Below, piece by piece: positions 28,973 through 38,800 of a stretch of DNA of 64,000 nt. The translations under genes and the position numbers were made by a program. How positions within the stretch are numbered: position 1 is the first letter of the stretch; each line of letters begins with the position of its first letter. Source of the DNA: Myxococcota bacterium (GTDB taxonomy: Bacteria > Myxococcota_A > SURF-8); the NCBI GenBank assembly GCA_965140415.1, contig OZ223209.1, positions 4,960,001 to 5,024,000 on the forward strand. The letters are read 5' to 3'. Below the pieces are notes generated by a model. That model searched no databases. It was not told where the DNA came from and saw nothing but the letters and a program-made list of their open reading frames with translations.

Positions 28973-30061
28973 ATGCGCAGAGTATGTCTTTTCAGTGTGC
29001 TGCTGGCAATATGCTTCTTGGTTGGCTGCAACACGGATGACACGGATAGCGATGGCGATTACAGCGCAGGAGATTATGAAATCGATGTACTGGCCGATGG
29101 CGATATTGATGCCGATTCGGATACCAAGTTGCCTGCACGACCGGAATACCCGATGGATGAAACCCTGCGAATCAATCAGATTCAGGTAAAGGGCACGCAC
29201 AACAGCTATCATGTATTTACCGATGAGCCGCAACCGGTCTTCGGTGGCGATCTGGCTCCACTGGATGTTCAGGCCGACCAACAGGGCGTGCGCCAGTTCG
29301 AAATCGACGTTCACTACGATGAAGAACGGGGCTTCGTTGTCTATCACACCTTCTTCGGGGATACCGGCAGCAACTGCGAACTGCTCACCGACTGTCTGCA
29401 ATCGTTGAAAGACTGGTCGGATATGAACCCCGGTCACCAGGTGCTATTCATTTTCATCGAACCCAAAGACGATTTCGAACCATTGATCATGGAACAGCAT
29501 TGCGACGATCTGGACCAGTTGATCCTGTCCGTGTGGCCACAAGATCGCTTGATCCGTCCAGACGACGTGCGTAAAGAATATGCCACGCTTAGAGCGGCAA
29601 TTGAAGCCGATGGCTGGCCGAGCATGGCAGCGGGACGCGACAAAGCAATGTTCTTTTATTTCGATTCCGGTTCCTATCGGGATGCCTACCTCGATGGACA
29701 TCCCAATGCGGAGGGGCGGGCCATGTTCCCGCGAGCGGATAAGGATCTATCGTCTCCGATCGGGGCATTCGTCAATTTCGATGACCCGCTCACCGATTCC
29801 GACCGTATTGCCGAATTCGCCCAGGCCGGTTTTCTGATTCGCACGCGCACCGACGTTGCCAGCCAGGGATTGTCCGATGGCAATGAAGAACGGGTGCAGG
29901 CCGCGCTTTCATCGGCGGCTCAGATGATCAGCACCGATTATCCCGTGATGACGGATTTGTTCGATTACGTTTTCGATATTCCCGATGGCCAGCCCAGCCG
30001 CTGCAATCCCCTGCTCGCTTCAACGGGATGCACGCCGGCGGATGTAGAAAACCTGCCCTAA
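28973..30061 (+). CDS. Lipoprotein with Ca2+-dependent PI-specific phospholipase C-like domain
   Basis: Lipobox LVGC, DGD linker, QVKGTHNSYH, GVRQFEIDVH, IEPKD, IRTRTD and AQMISTDYP. Confidence 0.82.
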   Translation: MRRVCLFSVLLAICFLVGCNTDDTDSDGDYSAGDYEIDVLADGDIDADSDTKLPARPEYPMDETLRINQIQVKGTHNSYHVFTDEPQPVFGGDLAPLDVQADQQGVRQFEIDVHYDEERGFVVYHTFFGDTGSNCELLTDCLQSLKDWSDMNPGHQVLFIFIEPKDDFEPLIMEQHCDDLDQLILSVWPQDRLIRPDDVRKEYATLRAAIEADGWPSMAAGRDKAMFFYFDSGSYRDAYLDGHPNAEGRAMFPRADKDLSSPIGAFVNFDDPLTDSDRIAEFAQAGFLIRTRTDVASQGLSDGNEERVQAALSSAAQMISTDYPVMTDLFDYVFDIPDGQPSRCNPLLASTGCTPADVENLP

Positions 30062-30076
30062 GTTATATGGCGGCGT

Positions 30077-33000
30077 TTAAAAGAGAATCTCGGACTCTTG
30101 CGAAAGTTCCGTGATCGTATGGTCCAGATCCAGGTCCATATGAAAACAGGTATACTTTCCCGCTTCGCTTTCCACAAGCAGGCGGCCTTCGTGCTCGCGC
30201 ATGATCCCATGGCTGACCGACAGGCCCAGACCGGTTCCGACTCCACGCGGCTTGGTGGTAAAGAAAGGATCGAAAATCCTGCCAAGATTCTCGGTATCGA
30301 TTCCCATGCCGTTATCTCGCACACTGGTACGAAGCCAGCGAATGCCGTCTTCTTCCAGGGTTTGAGCTGAGATATGGATGATCTTGTCCTCGTGGTAGCT
30401 TGGGAAACGTTCGTTCAACGCATCCGCAGCATTCGTAACCAAGTTCATCAGCACCTGCTGGATTTGCTGGTTACGACAAACCACTTCCGGTAGATTTGGC
30501 GGGATCTCCGTTTTCAAGGTGATCTGGTGTTTGCGTAACAACGCCCGAATCAAAGATAAGGTATTATCCACCAGTGTTTTGATATTCGCAGGGCTGTGAA
30601 TTTCCTGTTCCTGTCTGGCGAACGCCAGCAGGTTTCTGACGATCATCGCGACCCGCTTGCTTTCTCCGATGATTTCGTTCGAAAAATCGTATTGACGGGT
30701 ATCTTGAACACTTTCATCGAAAATCAACTGGGCATAGTTCATGATACTGTTGATCGGATTGTTGATTTCATGCGCCACACCGGAAGCCAAGGTTCCGATC
30801 GATTCCAGCTTTTGTTGTTGTCGCAGTTGAGCATCGTGGCGGCTTCGTTCCTCTTCTTCCTTGAGCCGGTCTGTAACATCCCGCAATGTCGCCAGGATCA
30901 GGCCATCCGGCAATATACTGACGCTGATTTCCGCAAATAACTCCCGACCGGAACGATGAAGCACCTGACGCACCACCAGCGTGTGAAGTCCTTTCCGCCA
31001 GTCATCGAAATCTTCTTTTACAAGATAAGCATACTCATCATGGACCATGTTGAAGATGGATAGCCCAATGAATTCTTCCTGGGAATACCCGAAAATCTCC
31101 AGCACTTTCTTATTGGCTTCGACGATCCTATAGTCATTATCGATCAAAGCAATCCCGTCGCTGGACTGCTCCATCAGCATGCGGTAGCGCCCTTCGCTTT
31201 CCCGAAGCACTTCCTCGGCCTGACGACGTTTGGTAATGTCGTGCAACACGATTAAAAGCTGGTCGCGGCCTCCAATCACCGTGCGACGCATGTTGATTTC
31301 CGCCCAGATATGTTTGCCATTCTTCGACTTGATCAACCACTCGAAGATCTGTGGAACGCCATTAACGGCTGCATCGACGAAGTGGCGGGCTTTTCGAATG
31401 GTGTGCGGGGGATGCTCTTCCAGCAAATCCAAGAAGGCGAGTTTGCGGGCTTCTTCCTTGGTGTACTCCAACAGATCGAGAACTTTACGGTTGGTGTCCA
31501 GAATCCGCTGCCCATCCAACATCGCTACGATCAGGGCGTCATTACTGGCATTATAGATAGCCCGATAATTGGCTTCCGATTCCACTAAAGCAGTTTCAAC
31601 TTCTTTTCTGACTGTGATGTCTTTGCTGATGGTCAACAGGTGAGGAGCGCCCTGAATCATGATCGGTCTGCCCGACATCAGCGCTTGTCGACTCTGCCCG
31701 TTTTTTGCGCGGAAAGTCGCTTCGAAATCGTCGATGTACCCCTTGGTGCGCATGAGGTAGATCATTTGATCGCGTTTTTCGGGATTTTCCCAGAACTTCA
31801 GCTTTGTAACATCCTTCCCAATCACTTCCTCTCGACTATAGCCGGTAACTTCCGTGAATCCCGGATTTACGTCAACGAAAAATCCCTGGTAGTTGGAAAT
31901 GATGATCGCATCGGGAGTCGCCTCGAAAACCGACTGAAAGTGTTGCCGGCTTATTTCCAGTTCAGATTCATCCTGCTTTCGCGCCTTATAAGCCATGATC
32001 GCTTCGCTGGCCGTACGCAGAATCTGAAGGTCTTCTTGTTTCCATTGTTTTGAATAGCCGGTCGTATCGAAACCTAAAAACCCCCAGCGCTTATTCCTGA
32101 GCCACAGCGGAATCGCCAGTACCGCCAGAATATTCTGAGAGAGCAGCAACTCGCGTTCGTAACAGGCTTCCTCCGGCAGACTCCGGGTATCTTCAATCAG
32201 GACCATTCCCTTTTCGGAGATCTGTTTGTACCACCAATTGTCCTGCTTGACCTTCAAATCCTGCATGATGCCGGTTTTGACTTCGACACCTGGAGAGCAC
32301 CATTGATACAGGCTGCTCATTCGCATACCGTCATCGTGAAGTCGTACCAGATGCGCCCGGCTTGCTTGAACGACTTTGCCGAGAATCTCCAGAATTTCGT
32401 TCATATCGACATCACCGGAGCCTGCCAACAATGAAGAAACATTGGAAACGGCGTGTTCTATTTTCAGCCGATGATTCAAATCGTCGACCGCTTGTTTCCA
32501 GTCGGTGATGTCACGCCCGTAACAATTGATGTGCTTCAGGTCGCTACCGTCTTCCAGGTAATGAAAACGCAGGGTAACGCGGGTGTAGTGAATTTTACCT
32601 TTGGTGTCGATCAACCGCAGGTCCAGGTGTCCGTTTTCCTTATGTTGTGCCTTCAATTCGTCGATACTAACATCCGCCAGATTGCGATCTTCCGGTGCGA
32701 TGAGTTCGAAGACACTGGTACCGATTAAATCCGTTTCCAACCTTCCCAGCATGGAACGGGAATTCGGGTTGATATAGAGAATTTCACCATTGCGCGTCAG
32801 GTTGGCAAAGAGATCGCTGGTACCCTCGACGAGTTCCCGGTATTGCGCCTCGCGCTCGGTGAGTTTTTTCTCGGATACGTCAAGTTTTCGGAAATAGAAA
32901 TGCAGAACAAGAAACAGCACGATAGCGCTTGCAAGAATAAAGAACCAGCCTTTGTAGGTCTGGGCTAGATGCAAACCGTCCAAGGTAGGGAAAAGAGAAT

Positions 33001-33082
33001 AGGCCAATTGATCCGAGAACAGAATCCACAATCCCCCTAAAACAATGTAAATAATCGCAATTCGAAAGGCCATAGAATACAA
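30077..33082 (-). CDS. Membrane-anchored multi-PAS/GAF sensor histidine kinase
   Basis: Two TM helices, four PAS-PAC repeats, a GAF domain, H-box GVAHEINNP, and N/G boxes (DNGMGI, FDPFFTTK, GTGLGL). Confidence 0.92.
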   Translation of the reverse strand: MYSMAFRIAIIYIVLGGLWILFSDQLAYSLFPTLDGLHLAQTYKGWFFILASAIVLFLVLHFYFRKLDVSEKKLTEREAQYRELVEGTSDLFANLTRNGEILYINPNSRSMLGRLETDLIGTSVFELIAPEDRNLADVSIDELKAQHKENGHLDLRLIDTKGKIHYTRVTLRFHYLEDGSDLKHINCYGRDITDWKQAVDDLNHRLKIEHAVSNVSSLLAGSGDVDMNEILEILGKVVQASRAHLVRLHDDGMRMSSLYQWCSPGVEVKTGIMQDLKVKQDNWWYKQISEKGMVLIEDTRSLPEEACYERELLLSQNILAVLAIPLWLRNKRWGFLGFDTTGYSKQWKQEDLQILRTASEAIMAYKARKQDESELEISRQHFQSVFEATPDAIIISNYQGFFVDVNPGFTEVTGYSREEVIGKDVTKLKFWENPEKRDQMIYLMRTKGYIDDFEATFRAKNGQSRQALMSGRPIMIQGAPHLLTISKDITVRKEVETALVESEANYRAIYNASNDALIVAMLDGQRILDTNRKVLDLLEYTKEEARKLAFLDLLEEHPPHTIRKARHFVDAAVNGVPQIFEWLIKSKNGKHIWAEINMRRTVIGGRDQLLIVLHDITKRRQAEEVLRESEGRYRMLMEQSSDGIALIDNDYRIVEANKKVLEIFGYSQEEFIGLSIFNMVHDEYAYLVKEDFDDWRKGLHTLVVRQVLHRSGRELFAEISVSILPDGLILATLRDVTDRLKEEEERSRHDAQLRQQQKLESIGTLASGVAHEINNPINSIMNYAQLIFDESVQDTRQYDFSNEIIGESKRVAMIVRNLLAFARQEQEIHSPANIKTLVDNTLSLIRALLRKHQITLKTEIPPNLPEVVCRNQQIQQVLMNLVTNAADALNERFPSYHEDKIIHISAQTLEEDGIRWLRTSVRDNGMGIDTENLGRIFDPFFTTKPRGVGTGLGLSVSHGIMREHEGRLLVESEAGKYTCFHMDLDLDHTITELSQESEILF

Positions 33083-33291
33083 CCCAGAGAAATAGTGCCT
33101 CCCGTCTTGAGGAGGCGTTTACAACTTATTCGCATCATACCTGATGCCTGACGTTTGTTGTAGTTCAATTTCCAAGTCGTGACAAGTGGTTTTCTTGTAA
33201 GGATGACAGACCGACTGGCATGTTGTGTGATTGAGCGGATATCCCAAGTAACCTGGCGAACAAACCCAATCGATCTTTTAGCCGAAGCTTG

Positions 33292-33320
33292 TTGACTCTG
33301 TAACAGCGACCCGCTATGAT
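33292..33320 (+). promoter_or_regulatory. Sigma-70 promoter of the double-cubane reductase operon
   Basis: TTGACT-N17-TATGAT, implying a leader of about 200 nt before ATG 33527. Confidence 0.7.
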
Positions 33321-33361
33321 TCTCCCGGTGTCAATTCATATTTACCAAAGGAAGATGTGAA

Positions 33362-33466
33362 ATGAGCGATCGCATCATGGCATTAAGCCGCTCAAAAACC
33401 TGAACTGCGTTTCGGAAGCCCGTGGGGCTTCGACGCACACAAACTCGCCGGATTCTACCTGCCTGA
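33362..33466 (+). CDS. Putative Sec-containing leader peptide MSDRIMALSRSKT-U-TAFRKPVGLRRTQTRRILPA
   Basis: SD AAAGGA, ATG 33362, in-frame TGA 33401-33403 followed by a SECIS-like hairpin, second TGA 33464-33466 inside the anti-sequestrator arm. Confidence 0.55.
33406..33437 (+). promoter_or_regulatory. Bacterial SECIS-like hairpin
   Basis: UGCGU/ACGCA lower stem, GAAGCCC/GGGCUUC upper stem, apical loop GUG beginning 18 nt after the UGA. Confidence 0.55.
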
Positions 33467-33522
33467 TACATAACGACCTCCGGTCAGCAGGCGGGAGCAT
33501 CCGCCACTGCATGAAGGAGGAC
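33453..33522 (+). promoter_or_regulatory. Competing anti-sequestrator and SD-sequestrator helices
   Basis: 33477-33494 pairs with 33501-33520 (CCUCC/GGAGG, UCA/UGA, GCAG/CUGC, GCGG/CCGC), hiding the SD. Alternatively 33453-33466 pairs with 33484-33496. Confidence 0.6.
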
Positions 33523-33526
33523 ATTC

Positions 33527-34807
33527 ATGGCCACGGATTATCGACCAATGTGGACCGAACTGGGCTTGGACCTGGAAAAGCACGATGCACTGCTAAACGT
33601 ACTTGGGGATGCTTACCAAAGTCTTTTCATGACCCAGCAGAATCGTCCGGAATCGATGGGATATTTCGATTTCGTAATGAGTGAGGTACACGGATTACGC
33701 ATCCAGGAATTGATGGAAGCCAAGGCTGCCGGACGACTGGTGATCGGCTCGTTCTGCACCTTCGTGCCGGAAGAACTGATTCTGGCGGTGGATGGCGTTT
33801 CCGTCGGATTGTGTGCGGGTGCCGAGTTCGGCACGGAAGCAGCCGAGCGCTTTTTGCCACGCAACACCTGCGCACTGATTAAAAGCGCTTTCGGTTTCGT
33901 TCAGGAACGGGTTTGCCCTTACATCGCCGCCAGCGACTTGATCGTGGGAGAAAACACCTGCGACGGCAAGAAGAAATCCTACGAACAGTTCAAAGACATG
34001 GTGAAGGCTTTCTATGCGATGGATCTTCCGCAAACCAAGAGCGCGGCGGGCCGCACTTTGTTGCAGGCCGAATACGAACGCTTCGCCAAGGAACTGGAGC
34101 AGCGCTCGGGCAAGCAGATTACGACGGAAAGCCTGAAACGCGGAATCGAGATCGTCAACAACAAGCGTAAGGCCATGCATCGCTTGACCAAGCTGCGCCA
34201 GGCCAATCCGGCTCCGATTTCCGGTTTGGACGCCCTGCTGATCAATCAGGTGTTTTTCTATGACGATCCTCTGCGCTTTACCGATTCGGTCAACAAAGTT
34301 TGCGACGAATTAGAAGCACGCATCGAACAAAAACAAGGCGTAACCCCGGAAAACACACCGCGTCTGTTGGTATCCGGTTGCCCGATGGCGGTGCCGAACT
34401 GGAAGCTGCATTCGATCGTGCAGGAGGCCGGAGCGGTGGTAATCGGAGACGAATCCTGCGTAGGCGATCGAGGCACCCAGGTCTTGACCGATGATTCCGC
34501 CGATAGCGTGCAGGGACTGTTGGATGCCGTATGTGAACGCTATCTGAACATCGACTGCGCCATCTTCACACCCAATCCCACTCGGCTCGAACACGTGCAG
34601 CAATTGAATAAAGATGCCAAAGCGGACGGTGTTCTGCACTATTCGATACAGTTCTGCACGCCGTATCAGATGGAAGCGAACGTCTTTGAACCGGAGCTGG
34701 AAAATTCCGGTGTACCGACGTTGCGCATCGACACCGATTACAGCATGGAAGACGCCGAGCAGCTTCGCACACGCCTGGAAGCTTTCATCGAACGGATTAA
34801 AGGCTGA
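33527..34807 (+). CDS. Double-cubane cluster anaerobic reductase (2-hydroxyacyl-CoA dehydratase-like family)
   Basis: DYRPMWTELGLDLEKHD, FDFVMSEVHGLRI, GSFCTFVPEE, GLCAG, RNTCALIKS, ENTCDGKKK, GCPMAVPNWK, ESC, IDCAIFTPN, QFC, TDYS. Confidence 0.85.
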   Translation: MATDYRPMWTELGLDLEKHDALLNVLGDAYQSLFMTQQNRPESMGYFDFVMSEVHGLRIQELMEAKAAGRLVIGSFCTFVPEELILAVDGVSVGLCAGAEFGTEAAERFLPRNTCALIKSAFGFVQERVCPYIAASDLIVGENTCDGKKKSYEQFKDMVKAFYAMDLPQTKSAAGRTLLQAEYERFAKELEQRSGKQITTESLKRGIEIVNNKRKAMHRLTKLRQANPAPISGLDALLINQVFFYDDPLRFTDSVNKVCDELEARIEQKQGVTPENTPRLLVSGCPMAVPNWKLHSIVQEAGAVVIGDESCVGDRGTQVLTDDSADSVQGLLDAVCERYLNIDCAIFTPNPTRLEHVQQLNKDAKADGVLHYSIQFCTPYQMEANVFEPELENSGVPTLRIDTDYSMEDAEQLRTRLEAFIERIKG

Positions 34808-34809
34808 AT

Positions 34810-35565
34810 ATGAAAACGGCTGGAATCGATATCGGTTCGCGAACCGTGAAACTGGTGGTACTGGAAGATGGCGAAGTGATACTGCAACGTGTGGAATACA
34901 ATTCGCACGATCCGATTGCCATCTGTCGCGCGATGCTGGAAGAAGTGCAAACCGACAACCTGGTGGCAACCGGCTATGGCCGTCACCTGTTCGAGCAGTA
35001 CTGGTCCTGCAAAACCATTACAGAAATCAAGGCTGTAGCTTTGGGTGCACAAGCTCTGCATCCGGAGTGCCGCCAGATTCTGGATATCGGCGGTCAGGAT
35101 ACAAAGGTCGTAGAACTGATGGAAAACGGCTCGGTCGGCAAGTTTGAAATGAACGACAAATGCGCTGCCGGCACCGGGCGTTTTCTGGAAGTGATGGCGA
35201 CCGCCCTGGGTTACAGCATGGAAGATTTCGTATCGCAGGCAAACGAGGCTGAAGAAGCCAAAAAAATCAACGCGATGTGTACGGTTTTCGCCGAAAGTGA
35301 AGTCATTTCCATGGTCGCCCGTGGAATCCCACGCGAGCAACTGGCGTTGGGACTGCATCAGGCTGTCTCCAAACGCTCCCTGGCGATGCTGAGGCGACTG
35401 CGAGGTCGACACGACGTGCTGTTCTGCGGCGGCGCAGCACACAACTCCTGTCTGCACCGTTTACTTCAATCCACTGCAAAACGAACGATCACCGTTCCCG
35501 AACATCCTCAAACGGTGGCGGCATTGGGATGCGCCAGAGCTGCCATGGAACCATCATCAGCCTGA
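34810..35565 (+). CDS. ATP-dependent [4Fe-4S] activase (HgdC/BcrD-like)
   Basis: GIDIGSRTVK, ATGYGR, DIGGQDTK, MNDKCAAGTGRF and CTVFAESEVIS. Confidence 0.92.
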   Translation: MKTAGIDIGSRTVKLVVLEDGEVILQRVEYNSHDPIAICRAMLEEVQTDNLVATGYGRHLFEQYWSCKTITEIKAVALGAQALHPECRQILDIGGQDTKVVELMENGSVGKFEMNDKCAAGTGRFLEVMATALGYSMEDFVSQANEAEEAKKINAMCTVFAESEVISMVARGIPREQLALGLHQAVSKRSLAMLRRLRGRHDVLFCGGAAHNSCLHRLLQSTAKRTITVPEHPQTVAALGCARAAMEPSSA

Positions 35566-35827
35566 TCGAAACGAATCAAGCCTTACCATTTTTCCTTTCC
35601 GCCGGAGTCGAAAATGAATTCGATTCCGGCGGTTTCATGTTGTATTGGCAAAAGGGCAAGTCTATTTTGAACCGATACAACTTGAGCATTGCATTTTTCG
35701 GATCCCCTTATATAATGAGTCTGGGAAATATTTGTATTCAGCAAAACAAGGGAATTTCGGAAAAGGTCCGAAGTCTTTCGTCTGTTAGCTTACTAAGGGG
35801 TAAGTAGGATTGAGAAAGGGGTTGATT

Positions 35828-38800
35828 ATGCCATCGATTAGATATCTGCTGCTAGTGTGGATCATCGTTATGCTTTCCATATACGGGGTTGGATGCGGAG
35901 GCGATGACGATCCTCAAGAAGACGGAGACCTCTCCGAGGCTGAAAGCGATGCGACCCAGCCGGATGGAGACGACGATATGCCCGTCATTCCTCCCGATGG
36001 TGACACCGCAGACGGTGACACCGCAGACGGTGACACAGCAGATGGAGATACCGCTGACGGCGACCTGATCGATGGAGACAAAGTAGACGGAGACTGGATC
36101 GACGGCGATGGAACCGATGGGGACATGGTCGATGGCGATGGAAGCGACGGAGACTGGATCGACGGCGACTGGATTGACGGTGATGGCGAACAGTTTTGTA
36201 GCGGCTGCGAAGAATTCGCCGGAACCTATTGCGTAGCTGAAGCCACTGGGAGCAATTGCGATGCCTATCCGGTGGAAATGGTGAGTATCGAAGAAGACGA
36301 CGAAATCGAGTGCGGATACACGGTAACCGTCTTCATCACCGGCTACAGCCCTCAATCAGTCGATGTAGTCGGCTGTGATTTCCAGGACGAAAGCGTGCTT
36401 GGAGTGTGTTCGGTCAGCGTCGATCAGGGAGAGATCCTGGTGGATTGCTCCACCATTTGTTCCGCCGTACTGAATCAGGAAGCCTGCTTAACCGACGGCG
36501 ACGGTATCGACGGCGACTTTATTGACGGCGATGTCATCGACGGCGATGTAATTGATGGCGACGTGGTTGACGGCGATGTGATCGACGGCGACGTAATCGA
36601 TGGTGACATGATCGATGGCGATGTGATCGACGGCGACGTGATCGACGGCGATGTGATCGATGGCGATGTGATTGACGGCGATGTGATTGACGGCGACGTG
36701 ATTGATGGCGATATAATTGATGGCGATATAATTGAGTATCCCGCTCCTGCACCAGGCGACGTTATTTTCACGGAATTTCTGGCCAACACCACCGGCTCGG
36801 TTGCAGAGCAACTCGGCGAATGGATGGAAGTCGTCAACCTCACCAATGAAACCTTCGGGCTGGGCGGACTGAACCTTTGTGATGCCGTAGACGGGAATTG
36901 CGAAGTACTACCGGCGAATCTTGTGATCGGTCCGTATGAAGCTTTGATTTTTGCCGGTTCCGATGACTCCGGTGTAAATGGCGGATTGACAAATGTCGCT
37001 TATGACTTCGGATTCTCGCTAAACAACAGCGGCGACAAACTGCGCCTGATCGATGGTAGCCCGGCGGATGGTGTCTTGATCGATGAAGTGGATGCCTCCA
37101 CCTGGGATCAGATTGCCGGTGTTTCCTGGCAGCTTGACCCGGCGCATTTCGATGTTCTGGAAAACGACGATGCAAGTTATTGGTGCCTGGGATCCTTGCA
37201 ATACCTCGCAGACGGTCCTCACTACGGCACCCCCGGAACGATGAATGTCAGCTGTGAAATCGTCGATGGCGATGGTGTTGATGGCGACGTAATTGATGGC
37301 GACATGGTCGACGGTGATATCGTCGATGGTGATATCGTCGATGGTGATATCGTCGATGGCGATATGGTCGACGGCGACATGATCGATGGTGATATCGTCG
37401 ATGGTGATATTGTTGATGGCGACATGGTCGACGGTGATATTGTTGATGGCGACATCATTGATGGCGATGTCGTTGATGGTGACGTGGTCGACGGTGACAT
37501 GATCGACGGTGACATGATCGACGGAGATATGGTCGATGGTGATGTCATCGATGGCGATGTAGTGGATTGCTACGGCTACGGCGATTGCAATGCCGCCTGC
37601 ATCAATGCCGGATACGATTCCGGTGTGTGTGTAGACGCCATTCAAGGTTGTACCTGTAACTATGCAAGCTGCGAAGCTTATGTCTGTGGCACCTACTACG
37701 ACAACTGCTCCTGCGCGGCGGCGGACCCCTGCAACTGGCAGGGCGATGACTACTGTGATGATTTCTGCGCCCTGGTGTACCCGGACGATCACTTTGACGA
37801 CAGTGCCGACTGTTCGGTCGACGGTGATATTGTCGATGGTGATATGGTCGACGGCGACATCATTGATGGCGATGTCGTTGATGGTGACGTGGTGGACGGC
37901 GATGTTATTGATGGTGACATAATTGACGGTGACATAATTGACGGTGATGTCATCGATGGCGATGTGGTGGATTGCTACGGCTACGGCGATTGCAACGCCG
38001 CCTGCATCGATGCCGGATACGATTCCGGTGTGTGTGTAGACGCCATTCAAGGTTGTACCTGCAACTATGCAAGCTGCGAAGCTTATGTCTGTGGCACCTA
38101 CTACGACAACTGCTCCTGCGCGGCGGCGGACCCCTGCAACTGGCAGGGCGATGATTACTGTGACGATTTCTGCGCCCTGGTATACCCGGACGATCATTTT
38201 GACGACAGTGCCGACTGTTCGGTGGACGGCGATGTCATCGACGGTGACGTGGTGGATGGCGACATCGTAGACGGTGACATCATTGACGGCGATGTCGTGG
38301 ATGGCGATATCGTACCGCTGTCCGGTGAGAATTGCGGAAATGCCATTGCGATTACCGGTCTTCCTTACTCGGATACCGGTGAGATGGCGAACTACATGAA
38401 CGACGTCTTTTTCTCTACCAATGGTGAAAGCTGCACGGGCTACACCAACTATGGAAAAGATGTCCTCTACGCGGTGGAGTTGGAAGCCGGACAGATCCTG
38501 AATGCATCGCTGGATGCCAATTTCGATAGCGCCCTGTATCTCTTGAATAATTGCGTTAACGGCGAATTGCCTGCCGAAATGTGTGTGGAAGGTTCCGACA
38601 GCGGAAACCCGGAAACGCTTTCCGTGGAAATTCAAGACGCCGGCACCTACTACCTGGTGGTGGACTACTGGAACTCAAGCGGACCTTCTTCGGGAAGTTA
38701 CGAGTTGAGCGTCTGGACAGGCAGTGCAGACGGCGACGTCGTGGATGGTGACATCGGGCCGCTGTCCGGTGACAATTGCGGAAATGCAATCTCGATTACC

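Noticed and set aside
33355-33403. Leader as a remnant of a selD N-terminus, or the ATG-TGA minigene at 33355-33360 as the functional uORF
   Set aside because: Resemblance to SelD is limited to an early UGA, with no G-U-x-x-K motif. The minigene ATG is too close to the SD-like AAGGA, whereas ATG 33362 is better spaced.
36490-37565. 15-bp periodic arrays as a possible CRISPR or non-coding tandem repeat
   Set aside because: No spacers, variation concentrates at synonymous positions, the arrays are in frame within a CDS, and there are no cas genes.
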